A stretch of 58,128 bases of DNA from a bacterium (GCA_021803465.1 JAJZLL010000041.1:66-58193); one strand, 5' to 3'. Positions 9,513 through 20,361 are shown, counted from the stretch's first letter. Translations and numbers: made by a program. Notes: generated from the letters alone by a model not told the origin.

Positions 9513-9519
9513 TCGAGGT

Positions 9520-11373
9520 ATGAAAACGAACTCCCAGAGGAACCTGTTCCTCATTTTCATTGCTGTGGTTGCAATCATCGCGCTCTTCTTCTGGAAGTCG
9601 CTTCCTGCGCAGAATCCTCCAACAGCCAGTGCAGGCATGCTTACGCAGTACCTTCAGAAGAACGAGGTGTCTACCAGTTCAAAGCATCAGGCAGTGCTCT
9701 CCAGTGACGGTGAGACTGTCACGTGGTGGACTTCCAAGGGAAAGGAATACAAGACAACATCGACATCGACTGACACGATTGCGAAGCTTTTCAATGCGAA
9801 CAAGTTCTACAACTACCAGGTTCAAAGTCAAGGTGGCAATGTGCTGATCAACTTCGTACTCCCGTATCTCCTGCCGCTGCTCCTCATCGTCTTCATGATC
9901 TGGCTTTTCATGCGCCAGTCACAGAGCGGAGCAAATCAGGCACTCTCCTTCGGAAGAAGCCGTGCCCGCCTCATTGCCGGTGACCGTCCAACTGTCACAT
10001 TTGCGGACGTTGCAGGAGTTGATGAGGCAAAACAGGAACTCACGGAAGTCGTCGAGTTCCTCAAGAGTCCAGAGCGGTTCACCTCAGTTGGTGCACGCAT
10101 TCCAAAGGGTGTGCTTCTCATAGGACCTCCAGGTACAGGAAAGACGCTCCTCAGCAAGGCTGTCGCAGGTGAAGCCGGAGTACCATTCTTCAGCATCAGC
10201 GGTTCGGAATTCGTCGAGATGTTTGTAGGAGTCGGTGCAAGCCGTGTCCGGGATCTCTTCGACCAGGCGAAGAAGAACAGCCCATGCATTGTCTTTGTTG
10301 ATGAGATCGATGCTGTCGCACGGCAGCGGGGAGCAGGACTTGGTGGTGGGCATGATGAGCGCGAGCAGACGCTCAACCAGATGCTCGTCGAGATGGATGG
10401 CTTCGAAACGAACACCCATGTCATCGTCATCGCGGCTACAAACAGGCCGGATGTCCTCGATCCTGCAATCCTGCGACCTGGACGGTTTGACCGTCATGTC
10501 GTCCTGGATGCTCCTGACATCCGTGGCCGCCGTGCAATCCTCGAGGTGCACTCCCGACACAAGCCACTGGATCCCTCCATTGACCTTGATGTGCTTGCGC
10601 GCCAGACTCCTGGCTTCAGCGGAGCGGACCTTGCGAACCTCGTCAATGAGGCAGCAATCCTCACAGCCCGCCAGAACAAGCACACGATTGGCATGCACGA
10701 GCTTGAGGAGGCGATTGCCCGTATCATAGCTGGACCTGAAAGGAAGAGCAGGCGGATTGGCGATGAAGAGAAGAAGATCATCGCCTACCATGAGATGGGG
10801 CATGCGCTTGTCATGAAATCACTTGAGCACAGTGATCCAGTGCACAAGATCACCATCATCAGCCGCGGCATGGCGCTTGGCTGGACTATGAGCCTGCCTC
10901 AGACGGACCGCTATCTCACACGCAAGGTTGAGCTTCTGGACCAGATGGCGGGAATGTTGGGTGGACGATGCGCGGAGGAACTGCTCCTTGGTGAAGAGAA
11001 CATCACCACTGGTGCAGCTGATGACATAAAGAAGGCGACATCGCTTGCACGCAAGATGGTCACGGAGTGGGGCATGAGTGACAAGCTTGGCCCGATGACC
11101 TTTGGTGAGAAGAATGAGATGGTCTTTCTTGGCCGGGATCTTGGGGAGCAGCGGAACTACTCTGAAGAGCTGGCAGCGGAGATCGATGGTGAAGTGCATG
11201 ATCTTGTTGACAATGCGAAGCGCAGGGCACGGGAAATCCTGAGCCGGCGCGAGCCTGTGCTCCATGTCCTTGCACAGCGGCTCATAGAGGTCGAAACGAT
11301 GGAAGCTGCGGAAATGGATGCCATCATCGCTGAGACTGACAAGTCGGAAACTCCAAGCACCACATCTGCATAA
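9520..11373 (+). CDS. ftsH: ATP-dependent zinc metalloprotease FtsH
   Basis: Two TM segments, [18 protein letters not shown] pore motif, [32 protein letters not shown]. Confidence 0.98.
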   Translation: MKTNSQRNLFLIFIAVVAIIALFFWKSLPAQNPPTASAGMLTQYLQKNEVSTSSKHQAVLSSDGETVTWWTSKGKEYKTTSTSTDTIAKLFNANKFYNYQVQSQGGNVLINFVLPYLLPLLLIVFMIWLFMRQSQSGANQALSFGRSRARLIAGDRPTVTFADVAGVDEAKQELTEVVEFLKSPERFTSVGARIPKGVLLIGPPGTGKTLLSKAVAGEAGVPFFSISGSEFVEMFVGVGASRVRDLFDQAKKNSPCIVFVDEIDAVARQRGAGLGGGHDEREQTLNQMLVEMDGFETNTHVIVIAATNRPDVLDPAILRPGRFDRHVVLDAPDIRGRRAILEVHSRHKPLDPSIDLDVLARQTPGFSGADLANLVNEAAILTARQNKHTIGMHELEEAIARIIAGPERKSRRIGDEEKKIIAYHEMGHALVMKSLEHSDPVHKITIISRGMALGWTMSLPQTDRYLTRKVELLDQMAGMLGGRCAEELLLGEENITTGAADDIKKATSLARKMVTEWGMSDKLGPMTFGEKNEMVFLGRDLGEQRNYSEELAAEIDGEVHDLVDNAKRRAREILSRREPVLHVLAQRLIEVETMEAAEMDAIIAETDKSETPSTTSA

Positions 11374-11508
11374 CGAACTCGCAGTCCGCTCCGGAGACGG
11401 ACATCTGACGGACTAGCTGCAGAATTTTCAGGCAGCTGGTACAATTGGTCTTGTGCTGTTGTGCGAGGATTCCTCGCCGCGACGCACATGATGGAGGGGG
11501 ACACTGCA

Positions 11509-11865
11509 TTGGAGCGATGCATTCGGAAGTCGACAATTGGCAACGCCATTGTCACGCGGAGCGATCCGTACCAGCCGACTGGTTGCGCTCTGAGCCGTTC
11601 ACTCATGGTTGCTGCGGACCTTATCGAGGGAGAGCAGATCCATCTGCTCAACCAGCAGACGCGCGCATCAGTGGTGACCCATGTCATTGAGGGAGATCCT
11701 GGCGAGGTGGCTGTTCTCGGAGAGCTTGCTGGCTTTGCAGCAGTTGGTGACTCCCTTTCCATGGAATCGTACGCATGGGTGAGTGATGACGAGTGGGATG
11801 TGTTCCAGCCTCGGAACCTCCATCTCGACACGACAAATGGTGTTGTGGAGACACCGGTTTCATAA
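11509..11865 (+). CDS. aspartate 1-decarboxylase (PanD)-like protein lacking the Gly-Ser autocleavage site
   Basis: TTG start after GGAGGGG; colinear with PanD along its length (KS.I..A.VT, AADLIEGEQI, T.VIEG, GD....SYA), but positions 24-26 read TGC instead of GSC/GSI. Confidence 0.8.
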   Translation: MERCIRKSTIGNAIVTRSDPYQPTGCALSRSLMVAADLIEGEQIHLLNQQTRASVVTHVIEGDPGEVAVLGELAGFAAVGDSLSMESYAWVSDDEWDVFQPRNLHLDTTNGVVETPVS

Positions 11866-11935
11866 ATGCCAGTTCACGTTGGAAGCAATTGTTGGTAGGG
11901 TTTTTCGCGCAAGCGCGATTTGGGGAGGAGCGACA

Positions 11936-12814
11936 TTGTCCACTACAGCAGTATCCGCACTTGAGTCTTTGACAGAATCTTTGTCTCCTGAGGTGGTCGA
12001 TGCAGCCATCGACCGTGCCCTCAGTGAGGATGTTGGCCCGGGGGATGTGACAACCGATGCCATCGTCCCTGAGGACATGACCTGTCGGGGCAAGGTGGTC
12101 TGTCTGCAGGATGGTGTCGTTGCTGGCCTGCCTGTCATGGAGCGTGTGTTCTCCTACGTTGATGAGAAGCTCCAGTTTGATGGCAAGGTTGCTGATGGGG
12201 AGAAGGTTCAGGAGGAGCAGATCGTCGCAAGGATGTTCGGCCCAGCGCGCAGCATGCTCAAGGCGCAGCGGGTTGCAATGAACTTCTTCCAGCACCTGAG
12301 TGGCATTGCCACCATGACTGCCAAGTATGTGAAGGCTGTCGAGAACACGAGCGCATCCATCATCACGACCCGCAAGACGACACCTGGGCTCAGGAGCCTT
12401 GAGCTGTATGCTGCTCGCATGGGAGGAGCCTCCAGCATCAGGATGGGACTGTATGATGCCGTCGTAATCCGTGACAGTCACCTGGTCCTCTCAAGCGGAG
12501 TTGGATCTCCACTCCGCACGCTTAGGAAGATGTATCCAGAGCGGGAAATCACGGTTGAAGTGACAAACATGCAGGAACTGGAGCATGCACTGACTGAGAA
12601 GGCCACATGGATCATCCTCAGCAACTTCGCTCCAGGACAGGTCAGGCAGGCAATGCAGATCATCCGTGGACAGGCAACCGTTGAAGTCTCGGGGCCCATT
12701 CCACCAGCAGGTGCACGTGCATACGCGCTCGCAGGAGTGGATTACATCAATGTTGGGGCACTCGTCCATGGTGCAACTGCGCTTGAGATGACCATGAAGT
12801 TGAGCCGCTACTAG
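11936..12814 (+). CDS. quinolinate phosphoribosyltransferase (NadC/ModD)-like protein with altered active site
   Basis: TTG start after GGAGGAG; ALSED..GDVTT, LSGIAT, TRKTTPGLR, GVDYI.VGAL.H; but SIR for NHR, RDSH for KDNH, ILSN for MLDN. Confidence 0.85.
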   Translation: MSTTAVSALESLTESLSPEVVDAAIDRALSEDVGPGDVTTDAIVPEDMTCRGKVVCLQDGVVAGLPVMERVFSYVDEKLQFDGKVADGEKVQEEQIVARMFGPARSMLKAQRVAMNFFQHLSGIATMTAKYVKAVENTSASIITTRKTTPGLRSLELYAARMGGASSIRMGLYDAVVIRDSHLVLSSGVGSPLRTLRKMYPEREITVEVTNMQELEHALTEKATWIILSNFAPGQVRQAMQIIRGQATVEVSGPIPPAGARAYALAGVDYINVGALVHGATALEMTMKLSRY

Positions 12815-12843
12815 GCCTCCAGGCGTCGTCTTTGGGAAGTTGC

Positions 12844-13449
12844 ATGAAATCCAAAGTACCCACATTTAGGGGCTCTGCGTGGGCAGTACAGCAGTACGGA
12901 GCATATGTTCGCCACACCGCGAAGCTGGTGCGCCCGGGTGAGTGGTGTGTCGAGCGACTCCGTGCACGCGGCCTCTGCGCACTGGATGGCTGGATGCTTC
13001 CCATGAATCCACCAGCATGGAACCGTGCCGAGGAGCAATACAGGAACGCTCACGGATTCCGTGCAAGGACTCGGGCTGCAGCTCAGTGCGCAGTGTCATA
13101 CGCAGGTTATGGCATGTTTGGCGCACTGGCCTCTCTCGGTGCTGCAGCACTTGTGCTCCTGGGCATGGCTGCTTGGGCAACTGCTGCTGTCCTGCCTCTC
13201 CCGGTGCTCGCTGTGGCTGGTGCGGCTGAAGGCGTGCACCAGCTCCACGCCCATGCTCTTGGTGGGGCCGCACCGAAGGACAGCTCAGTGACGGAGACGC
13301 AGGGACGAAACCATGATCAGCTCCAGATTGCGCCCTTGGAACGAGAACACAGGATGGCGAACCTCAGTGGGAGGGGCAGCAAAGGCATGAGAGACCATCG
13401 CTCCCGTGTCATCCTCAGGGGTCGTGGAGATCAGTCCATAGATCTCTGA
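12844..13449 (+). CDS. hypothetical protein with central hydrophobic segment
   Basis: ORF 12832..13449 fills the gap between the nadC-like gene and phhA on the same strand; Ala/Leu-rich TM-like stretch; no family recognised. Confidence 0.45.
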   Translation: MKSKVPTFRGSAWAVQQYGAYVRHTAKLVRPGEWCVERLRARGLCALDGWMLPMNPPAWNRAEEQYRNAHGFRARTRAAAQCAVSYAGYGMFGALASLGAAALVLLGMAAWATAAVLPLPVLAVAGAAEGVHQLHAHALGGAAPKDSSVTETQGRNHDQLQIAPLEREHRMANLSGRGSKGMRDHRSRVILRGRGDQSIDL

Positions 13450-13556
13450 AGTTGCTCCCCGGGCAGGAGTTACGATACGGTGTCCTCATTGGAACTCCAG
13501 TGTGAGTTGCGCGATAATGAGTGCGTCCGGTTGGCCCTGGGGGAATGCGGCATATC

Positions 13557-14453
13557 ATGGCATCGAAGAGCGGGTATTCACCTGTTGTAGCATCAGCGGA
13601 TGGTTCAGTCGTCGTGCAGTTGTCCGACGATCATCCAGGTTTCGCTGATCCCGCATACCGTGCACGGCGCAATGAGATCGCATCACTCTCCATTGGACAT
13701 GCTCCAGGGGAACCCATTCCCCATGTCATGTACACCGATGTTGAGCATGGCGTTTGGAAGATCGTCTCGACAGAGCTTGTGCCGAAGCATGACAAGTACG
13801 CCTGTGCAGCATATCTCGAGGGAAAGGAGGCGCTCCAGCTTCCTTCGGACCACATTCCCCAGCTTGATGAAGTGACAAGCCATCTCACTCCCATAACGGG
13901 ATTCCAGTATCAGCCAGTGGCTGGGCTTGCTCCCCTCAGGGAGTTCTACAGTTCCTTCGCCAGCCACATGTTCTTCTCCACACAGTACATCAGGCACCAT
14001 TCCGTTCCGCTGTACACACCGGAACCTGACATCATCCACGAGGTGATTGGCCACGCCAACCAGCTCTCCAACGACAGGTTCGCAGCAATTTATGACGAAG
14101 TGGGGAAGGCAGTGCTGCGCACAAAGACGCGTGAGGCGCTCGAGTTTCTCTCCAGGGTATTCTGGTTCACAATGGAATTCGGCGTCATTTATGAAGATGG
14201 CCAACCGAAGGCCTACGGGGCTGGTATCCTCTCGTCTTTCGGGGAGCTCGACGTGTTCCAGAAGGCAAGGATACGTCCCCTGGACTTTCAGGAGATGGGG
14301 ATGATGGAGTATGACATTACCCACTATCAGCCACTTCTCTATTCAGTCGCATCCATGGATGAGCTGTACGACCGCCTGATGGCGTTCTACTCAACCTATG
14401 ACGACTCCACCTATGCAGCGCTGACCAAGGGCATACCATCGACCGAGGAGTAG
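13557..14453 (+). CDS. phhA: phenylalanine 4-monooxygenase (biopterin-dependent aromatic amino acid hydroxylase)
   Basis: DHPGFADPAYRARR, TQYIRH, YTPEPDIIHEVIGH (Fe-binding His pair), FWFTMEFG (Glu ligand), KAYGAGILSSFGE. Confidence 0.93.
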   Translation: MASKSGYSPVVASADGSVVVQLSDDHPGFADPAYRARRNEIASLSIGHAPGEPIPHVMYTDVEHGVWKIVSTELVPKHDKYACAAYLEGKEALQLPSDHIPQLDEVTSHLTPITGFQYQPVAGLAPLREFYSSFASHMFFSTQYIRHHSVPLYTPEPDIIHEVIGHANQLSNDRFAAIYDEVGKAVLRTKTREALEFLSRVFWFTMEFGVIYEDGQPKAYGAGILSSFGELDVFQKARIRPLDFQEMGMMEYDITHYQPLLYSVASMDELYDRLMAFYSTYDDSTYAALTKGIPSTEE

Positions 14454-14462
14454 CCCAAGCTG

Positions 14463-14915
14463 CTACCAGCTTTCGAGGGCATTGACGATTTCTTCCTCGA
14501 TCCAGCCAAGCACCATGAGCATCCGGTACTCCGACTCATGTTCCTTCTCAAGGGTTTCGTCTGCGCTCCAGGATTCGTCAGTAATACCCATCTCTGATGC
14601 AGCAACATGGCGGAGAATGTTGAGGACACGGATGAGCATGAGGGCATCTTCATCTGTGAGCTCTAGGGGAGGCGTGGACTGGGCGAAGATGGAAGCCACA
14701 CGCTCGATCTCAGTGGCCCGGGTTGCAGCGAGTGCAGGAGTGACCCACTTTTCATACTCCTCCTGTAGCTCAGGATCCGCATATGCTCCGCTTGGAGGCT
14801 CCCACGATTTGCCAAGCTTCCTTGCAAGATGCTGGATGATCGAGTAGATCGCCATCTGCTCATCATGGTCAATGGTGAGCCGGATGCGTCCCTCTCGTCG
14901 TTGAATGGATGCCAC
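14463..14915 (-). CDS. DUF2017-like protein (clpS-associated)
   Basis: Directly downstream of clpS; AY.D....EY, LN..R....GIT and LGW.EE patterns typical of this family. Confidence 0.7.
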   Translation of the reverse strand: MASIQRREGRIRLTIDHDEQMAIYSIIQHLARKLGKSWEPPSGAYADPELQEEYEKWVTPALAATRATEIERVASIFAQSTPPLELTDEDALMLIRVLNILRHVAASEMGITDESWSADETLEKEHESEYRMLMVLGWIEEEIVNALESW

Positions 14916-14924
14916 GATCGTCCG

Positions 14925-15218
14925 TTACGCGCGTGCCAGCGTTGCCTGGAGACCAAAGGCATGGAGCCGTGCCACTGACACCTCAGCCTGCTCCCGGGGC
15001 TGGGTGGCGACAACAGCCTTGCCCTCGTTGTGCACCTGAAGCATGAGGGTGGTGGCTGTGGCCTGGTCGAAGCCGAAGAGACGCCGAAAGACGAGCACGA
15101 CATAGCTCATGAGAGTGACGGGATCATTCCAGACAACGACATGCCAGCCATGTTCATGCTGTCTGGCATGTGCGGGGGAGTTCGTGGTTGCTGGTTTCTG
15201 CTCAATGACTGTTGCCAT
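14925..15218 (-). CDS. clpS: ATP-dependent Clp protease adaptor ClpS
   Basis: WHVVVWNDPVTLMSYV, MLQVHNEGKAVV, REQAE, LHAFGLQAT; GAGGA before ATG 15218. Confidence 0.95.
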   Translation of the reverse strand: MATVIEQKPATTNSPAHARQHEHGWHVVVWNDPVTLMSYVVLVFRRLFGFDQATATTLMLQVHNEGKAVVATQPREQAEVSVARLHAFGLQATLARA

Positions 15219-15302
15219 GTCCTCTGTCTCCTGCCGATATCGTATCATGCTGCAGAATGGGTCACCAGCAGATCCGGAAGGGCGTGGAGAGGCTGCGAGG
15301 AA

Positions 15303-15515
15303 TCACTGGGTCATGGGGGACGACTTCTGGGGGAAGTCAATGATGGCTCCCCACGCCTGCGATACTGCGGTCGGAACCGGATCGGGGAAGGAGAGGACAG
15401 CCTGGAGAGGCATTTCGCAACGATGGCAAACGATCCAGATCGGTCCAGGTTCGGAGATCGGACGTTCTAGGAGATGTTTAGCGCCGCATTCTTCACAGGT
15501 GATAGTGATTCTCAT
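15303..15515 (-). CDS. small zinc-ribbon-like protein (70 aa)
   Basis: CEEC-x19-CHRC; GGTGAG upstream; same strand as clpS. Confidence 0.6.
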   Translation of the reverse strand: MRITITCEECGAKHLLERPISEPGPIWIVCHRCEMPLQAVLSFPDPVPTAVSQAWGAIIDFPQKSSPMTQ

Positions 15516-15716
15516 AGCTCACCAAGCGTCTCATGCAACCCGTGACGTCGGACTGACGACATGTTATGGTCCTGTAACGATCCCTCCCCGGTTGTGTGAA
15601 TGGGCCGGAAATGCAGATCGCGGGCCAGTTGAGCGATGATAGATGAAAGCGCTTTCCGCCCTTGAATGCGCCACTTACCAACCAACATGGGCATGGACAA
15701 AAGGAGTCTCCGACTC

Positions 15717-16940
15717 GTGGTAGAAGAAGCAACAACAATGGAGCAGCTCCTTGAGCAGGAGGAGCAGTCATTCCGCATCCTTGCTCACGGAGATATCGTT
15801 GATGGAACTGTGGTTCGCGTTGACCCGGATGAGGTTCTCGTCGATATTGGAGCGAAGGCTGAGGGTCTTATCTCGAACAGGGAACTGGTCGTCGTGCGTG
15901 GCGAGGGCCCCATCATTCTCAACACGGGAGACACCATCAAGGTGTATGTTGTCGAGCCGGAGAACGAAGAGGGGAATGTCATCCTGAGCCTGAAGAAGGC
16001 ACGGACTGAGACCTTCTGGCAGATGATTGCTGAGAAGGAGTCGGATGGCGAAGTCGTCGATGCGGAGGTCCGCGAGCAGAACAAGGGTGGACTCATTGTC
16101 AATGTGCTTGGCATCCGTGGATTCCTTCCAAGCAGCCAGGTTTCACGCCAGTTCACGGGAAATCTTGCAGATCTCGTGAGCACGAAGATTCCCGTGAAGA
16201 TCCTTGAGGTCAACCGCAAGCGCAACCGGCTCATCGTTTCCCAGCGTGTTGCGGAGGAAGAGGACCGTGCACGGCAGCGGGTTGAGCTCTTCGAAAAGCT
16301 CCATCTTGGAGATGTTGTCACGGGCACAGTGAGCGGACTCACATCATATGGTGCATTCATCAACCTTGGCGGCGCAGACGGGCTCATCCACATCAGTGAG
16401 CTCTCCTGGGACCGTGTGACAAATGTGAGCGATGTCCTTGCTATCGGGGATGAAGTGACTGTCAAGGTCATCAAGCTCGATCCTGAGCTCAACCGCATCA
16501 GTCTCAGCCTTCGACAAATGAGTTCGGACCCATGGGCAGACATTGACGACTACTTCCCACCCGGAAAGATCGTTGATGGTGAAGTCACGAAGATCAAGAA
16601 GTATGGCGCATTCCTCCAGCTTTCCGATGGCGTCGAGGGGCTCCTGCACATCTCAGAGATGTCATGGGACCATGTCGAGCGTGCAGAGGACATCATCGAC
16701 ATTGGCGAGAAGCTTCAGGTCATGGTGCTCAATGCGGACAAGGAGCGCAGGCGGATCAGTCTGTCCCTGCGACAGCTGCAGAGCGGGCCGGATCTTGAGG
16801 AAGGTGCAACGTTTGAATTCGTATCGCCTGAACCTGAGGAAGTCGCATTGCCTGAACCTGAGGAAAAGGAAGAGGAATCTGCGCCTGAAGCGGAGCTCGA
16901 GACTGTCGGGGGGAACGACGAAACCGGTGAGGAAGAGTGA
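15717..16940 (+). CDS. rpsA: 30S ribosomal protein S1 (four S1 domains, acidic tail)
   Basis: Four S1 repeats (GDIVDGTV, GFLPSSQ, GLIHISELSW, GLLHISEMSW); AAGGAG at 15701-15706 before GTG 15717. Confidence 0.93.
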   Translation: MVEEATTMEQLLEQEEQSFRILAHGDIVDGTVVRVDPDEVLVDIGAKAEGLISNRELVVVRGEGPIILNTGDTIKVYVVEPENEEGNVILSLKKARTETFWQMIAEKESDGEVVDAEVREQNKGGLIVNVLGIRGFLPSSQVSRQFTGNLADLVSTKIPVKILEVNRKRNRLIVSQRVAEEEDRARQRVELFEKLHLGDVVTGTVSGLTSYGAFINLGGADGLIHISELSWDRVTNVSDVLAIGDEVTVKVIKLDPELNRISLSLRQMSSDPWADIDDYFPPGKIVDGEVTKIKKYGAFLQLSDGVEGLLHISEMSWDHVERAEDIIDIGEKLQVMVLNADKERRRISLSLRQLQSGPDLEEGATFEFVSPEPEEVALPEPEEKEEESAPEAELETVGGNDETGEEE

Positions 16941-17053
16941 CTTCTCTCACATCTCTATGCCAAGATGTCTGCGAGATGATTCACTTCGAGAAACGGTGGG
17001 CATAATTGCTGTAGGCGCATGAAGGTGCGTGTGGCAGCGTAGGAGGTTCCATA

Positions 17054-19582
17054 GTGTATCCATTCGAGCGGTTCACAGACCGAGCGAAGAAAGTTCTGAC
17101 ACTCGCCCAGGAAGAGGCCGAGCGTTCCCACCACTCGTACATTGGGACAGAGCATCTTCTCCTGGGTCTGCTTCGTGAAGGTGAAGGACTGGCAGCAAAG
17201 GCCCTGAACAATCTCGGTATCGAGATCAACAAGGTCCGGAGCACCATTGAGTCAGTGCTTGGTCGCAATGAGCGGATCATCATCCAGCAGATCATTCCGA
17301 CTTCGCGGGTGAAGAAAGTCATTGAAATCGCCTTCGAGGAAGCCCGCCGAATGGGAAACAACTACGTTGGCACGGAGCATCTCCTGCTGGGTCTCCTCAT
17401 TGAGGGAGAAGGCATTGCAGCTCACGTGCTGGAGGATCTTGGCGTCACCCTTGAGAAGGCTCGTGCTGAGATTGAGCGGCTCCTTCACGAGTCTGGCATC
17501 GAGGAAGAGTCCAGGGATACCCCCAAGAAGCCAACCAAGACACCGCTTCTTGACCAGTTCTGCAGAGACCTCACAGAGCTCGCGCAGAAGAGTACGCTCG
17601 ATCCTGTCATTGGCAGGGCTTCAGAGATTGAGCGGGTAATCCAGATCCTGAGCCGCAGGACAAAGAACAATCCAGCTCTCATTGGTGAGCCTGGTGTTGG
17701 AAAGACAGCCATTGCGGAAGGACTTGCCCAGCAGATCATCATGGGCAACATTCCTGAATCGCTCATGGGGAAGCGGGTGCTCACCCTTGACATGGGGGCG
17801 CTTGTTGCGGGCACGAAGTATCGTGGAGAATTCGAGGAACGGCTCAAGAAGATTCTTGATGAGATCCGGCAGTCCCGTGAAGTCATTCTCTTCATTGACG
17901 AGCTCCATACCCTGGTTGGGGCTGGTGCGGCCGAGGGTGCAATTGATGCTGCGAACATTCTCAAGCCAGCTCTTGCTCGAGGGGAAATCCAGTGCATCGG
18001 CGCAACGACACTCAACGAGTACAGAAAGTACATTGAGAAGGATGCTGCCCTTGAACGCAGGTTTCAGCCCGTCTTTGTTGACGAGCCGAGCCTGGAGGAG
18101 ACGATCCAGATCCTCAAGGGTGTCCGGCCGCTGTATGAAAAGCACCACAGGGTGCACATCACGGACGATGCTCTTGATGCTGCAGCGAATCTCAGTGTGC
18201 GGTATGTCAATGACAGGTCACTTCCTGACAAGGCGATTGACCTCATCGATGAGGCGAGTGCCCGTGTGCGCATGAAGCTCACAACCACTCCCGAGAATCT
18301 CCGTGAGATGCAGAAGGAGATCCGCGAGCTGCAGGTCGAGAAGGATGACGCTGTTGAACGGCATGAGTATGAGGAAGCATCAAAGCTTCGTGAGCGCGAG
18401 AAGACGCTCAAGGAGGAGTACGTCTCCCTCGAGATGCAGTGGCGGGATGAACTTGGCGCGACTGTGCCGGATGTCAACGAGGAGCATGTGGCAGAGATCG
18501 TCTCATCATGGACTGGTGTTCCTGTGTCACGGCTGGTGGAGGAGGAGTCTGCACGGCTCCTCAGCATGGAAGAGGAACTGCACAAGAGGATCATTGGCCA
18601 GGACGATGCCATCAAGGTCATCTCCCAGGCAGTGCGCCGTGCGCGTGCAGGTCTCAAGGATCCGAAGCGTCCCATTGGTTCTTTCATGTTCCTTGGGCCC
18701 ACTGGAGTGGGAAAGACGGAGCTTGCACGGGCACTTGCCTCGTTTCTCTTCGATGACGAGGACGCAATCATCCGTCTGGACATGAGCGAATTCATGGAGC
18801 GGCATTCAACTGCACGCCTTGTGGGTTCGCCTCCTGGATATGTTGGCTACGATGAGGGCGGCCAGCTGACTGAGGCTGTCCGGCGGAGACCATACAGTGT
18901 GTTGCTGTTCGATGAGATCGAGAAGGCGCATCCTGAAGTCTTCAACATGCTTCTCCAGATCCTTGAGGATGGACGTCTCAGCGATGCGAAAGGCAAGGCT
19001 GTCAACTTCTCGAACACGATCATCATCATGACGAGCAATGTTGGCGTGTCACAGCTCAAGCCTACGATTGGCCTTGGATTCCAGCCAGCAGTGCCTGATG
19101 ACAAGACGACCTCCACAGAGCATACAAAGATGCGGGACATGATCATGGACGAGCTGAAGAAGTCGTTCCGTCCCGAGTTTCTCAACAGAGTTGATGCTGT
19201 CGTCATCTTCCATCGCCTCGATATGGAGCAGATGCTTGAGATCGTGGATCTCATGCTCAGCAAGGTGGAGAAGAATCTCACAGCATCGCATGAGCTCGAG
19301 TTTTCAATTACGGCGGAAGCGAAGAAGCAACTTGTCGAGGAAGGCTTTGACAAGCTCTATGGAGCACGTCCCCTGCGTCGAGTCATCCAGCGCCGCATTG
19401 AGGATCCACTCAGTGAGCAGCTTCTCCGGATGAAGCATCATTCTGGTGACACGGTTGTCATCGACTACAAGGATGAGAACTTTTCCATCTCGATCGCTCC
19501 ACACGTTGTGGCGAAGAAGGAGAAGAAGGAGAAGCCTGACGTTCCTGCCTCCACGGCTGCCTCACCGACAACAAGCGAGTAG
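17054..19582 (+). CDS. clpC: ATP-dependent Clp protease ATP-binding subunit ClpC
   Basis: Two Clp-N repeats (TEHLLLGL), AAA1 [16 protein letters not shown] coiled coil, AAA2 [16 protein letters not shown] loop, GARPLRR. Confidence 0.97.
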   Translation: MYPFERFTDRAKKVLTLAQEEAERSHHSYIGTEHLLLGLLREGEGLAAKALNNLGIEINKVRSTIESVLGRNERIIIQQIIPTSRVKKVIEIAFEEARRMGNNYVGTEHLLLGLLIEGEGIAAHVLEDLGVTLEKARAEIERLLHESGIEEESRDTPKKPTKTPLLDQFCRDLTELAQKSTLDPVIGRASEIERVIQILSRRTKNNPALIGEPGVGKTAIAEGLAQQIIMGNIPESLMGKRVLTLDMGALVAGTKYRGEFEERLKKILDEIRQSREVILFIDELHTLVGAGAAEGAIDAANILKPALARGEIQCIGATTLNEYRKYIEKDAALERRFQPVFVDEPSLEETIQILKGVRPLYEKHHRVHITDDALDAAANLSVRYVNDRSLPDKAIDLIDEASARVRMKLTTTPENLREMQKEIRELQVEKDDAVERHEYEEASKLREREKTLKEEYVSLEMQWRDELGATVPDVNEEHVAEIVSSWTGVPVSRLVEEESARLLSMEEELHKRIIGQDDAIKVISQAVRRARAGLKDPKRPIGSFMFLGPTGVGKTELARALASFLFDDEDAIIRLDMSEFMERHSTARLVGSPPGYVGYDEGGQLTEAVRRRPYSVLLFDEIEKAHPEVFNMLLQILEDGRLSDAKGKAVNFSNTIIIMTSNVGVSQLKPTIGLGFQPAVPDDKTTSTEHTKMRDMIMDELKKSFRPEFLNRVDAVVIFHRLDMEQMLEIVDLMLSKVEKNLTASHELEFSITAEAKKQLVEEGFDKLYGARPLRRVIQRRIEDPLSEQLLRMKHHSGDTVVIDYKDENFSISIAPHVVAKKEKKEKPDVPASTAASPTTSE

Positions 19583-19588
19583 TGCCCT

Positions 19589-20317
19589 GTGGAGAACCGT
19601 CCAACTCTAGCTCTACTGCTGCGCACTGCCGAGGATGGAAAAGAGCCTGAAGGCACATCCCAGCATGAGGTCGTGGAGCGGTACACTGGTGCACTTGAAC
19701 GTGCGGGTGCGGAAGTGAAGGCGATCCCTATGCAGGATGATGAGTCACGTGCATCGGAGACTATGAGAGAAGCTGCAGGCGTTGTGCTCATGGGGGGGGG
19801 AGATGTTCATCCCTTCTGGTACCATGAGCATCCCTCAGAACTGCTCCGCTCAGTCGATGTGAGCAGGGATGAGTGGGAGATTGCCTGTGTCCATGCAGCG
19901 ATTGCACGAGGTATTCCGTGTTTTGGCATCTGCAGGGGAATGCAGCTTCTCAATGTTGCCCTTGGCGGAAGCCTCATCCAGGATCTTGGCGATCAGAGGC
20001 GCCACGAGACGGCTGAGCGCGAGCCGAAAGAGGTTGCTATCACCTGTGATCCAGAGGGCATGCTCTTCCGTGGGGGATCGCATCCTGTGCTGCACTCAAC
20101 ATGCCAGCACCACCAGGCAATCAATGTGCTTGGAGAGGGACTGTCGGCTGTAGCCCATTCCGAGGATGGCGTCATTGAGGCAGTGGAACGTCGGAGCGGC
20201 AGCTGGATTGGTGGTGTCCAGTGGCATCCGGAGCGGACAGCAGCTGTGCAGCCGGAGCAGCAGGCACTCTTCAACCAGTTCGTGAGGCTCTGTTCATCGC
20301 GTCTTCTCCATCTGTGA
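19589..20317 (+). CDS. class I glutamine amidotransferase (peptidase C26 / PuuD-like)
   Basis: GGGDV.P..Y, GICRGMQ (Cys nucleophile), HHQA, GVQWHPE. Confidence 0.9.
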   Translation: MENRPTLALLLRTAEDGKEPEGTSQHEVVERYTGALERAGAEVKAIPMQDDESRASETMREAAGVVLMGGGDVHPFWYHEHPSELLRSVDVSRDEWEIACVHAAIARGIPCFGICRGMQLLNVALGGSLIQDLGDQRRHETAEREPKEVAITCDPEGMLFRGGSHPVLHSTCQHHQAINVLGEGLSAVAHSEDGVIEAVERRSGSWIGGVQWHPERTAAVQPEQQALFNQFVRLCSSRLLHL

Positions 20318-20361
20318 CAATGGATGGAGATGGTGGTACAAGAGTATTCCAGGGGTGAGAA

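Noticed and set aside
19792-19800. G9 tract as a phase-variation switch
   Set aside because: In frame and encodes the conserved GGGD motif of a cytoplasmic amidotransferase; no evidence of length variation.
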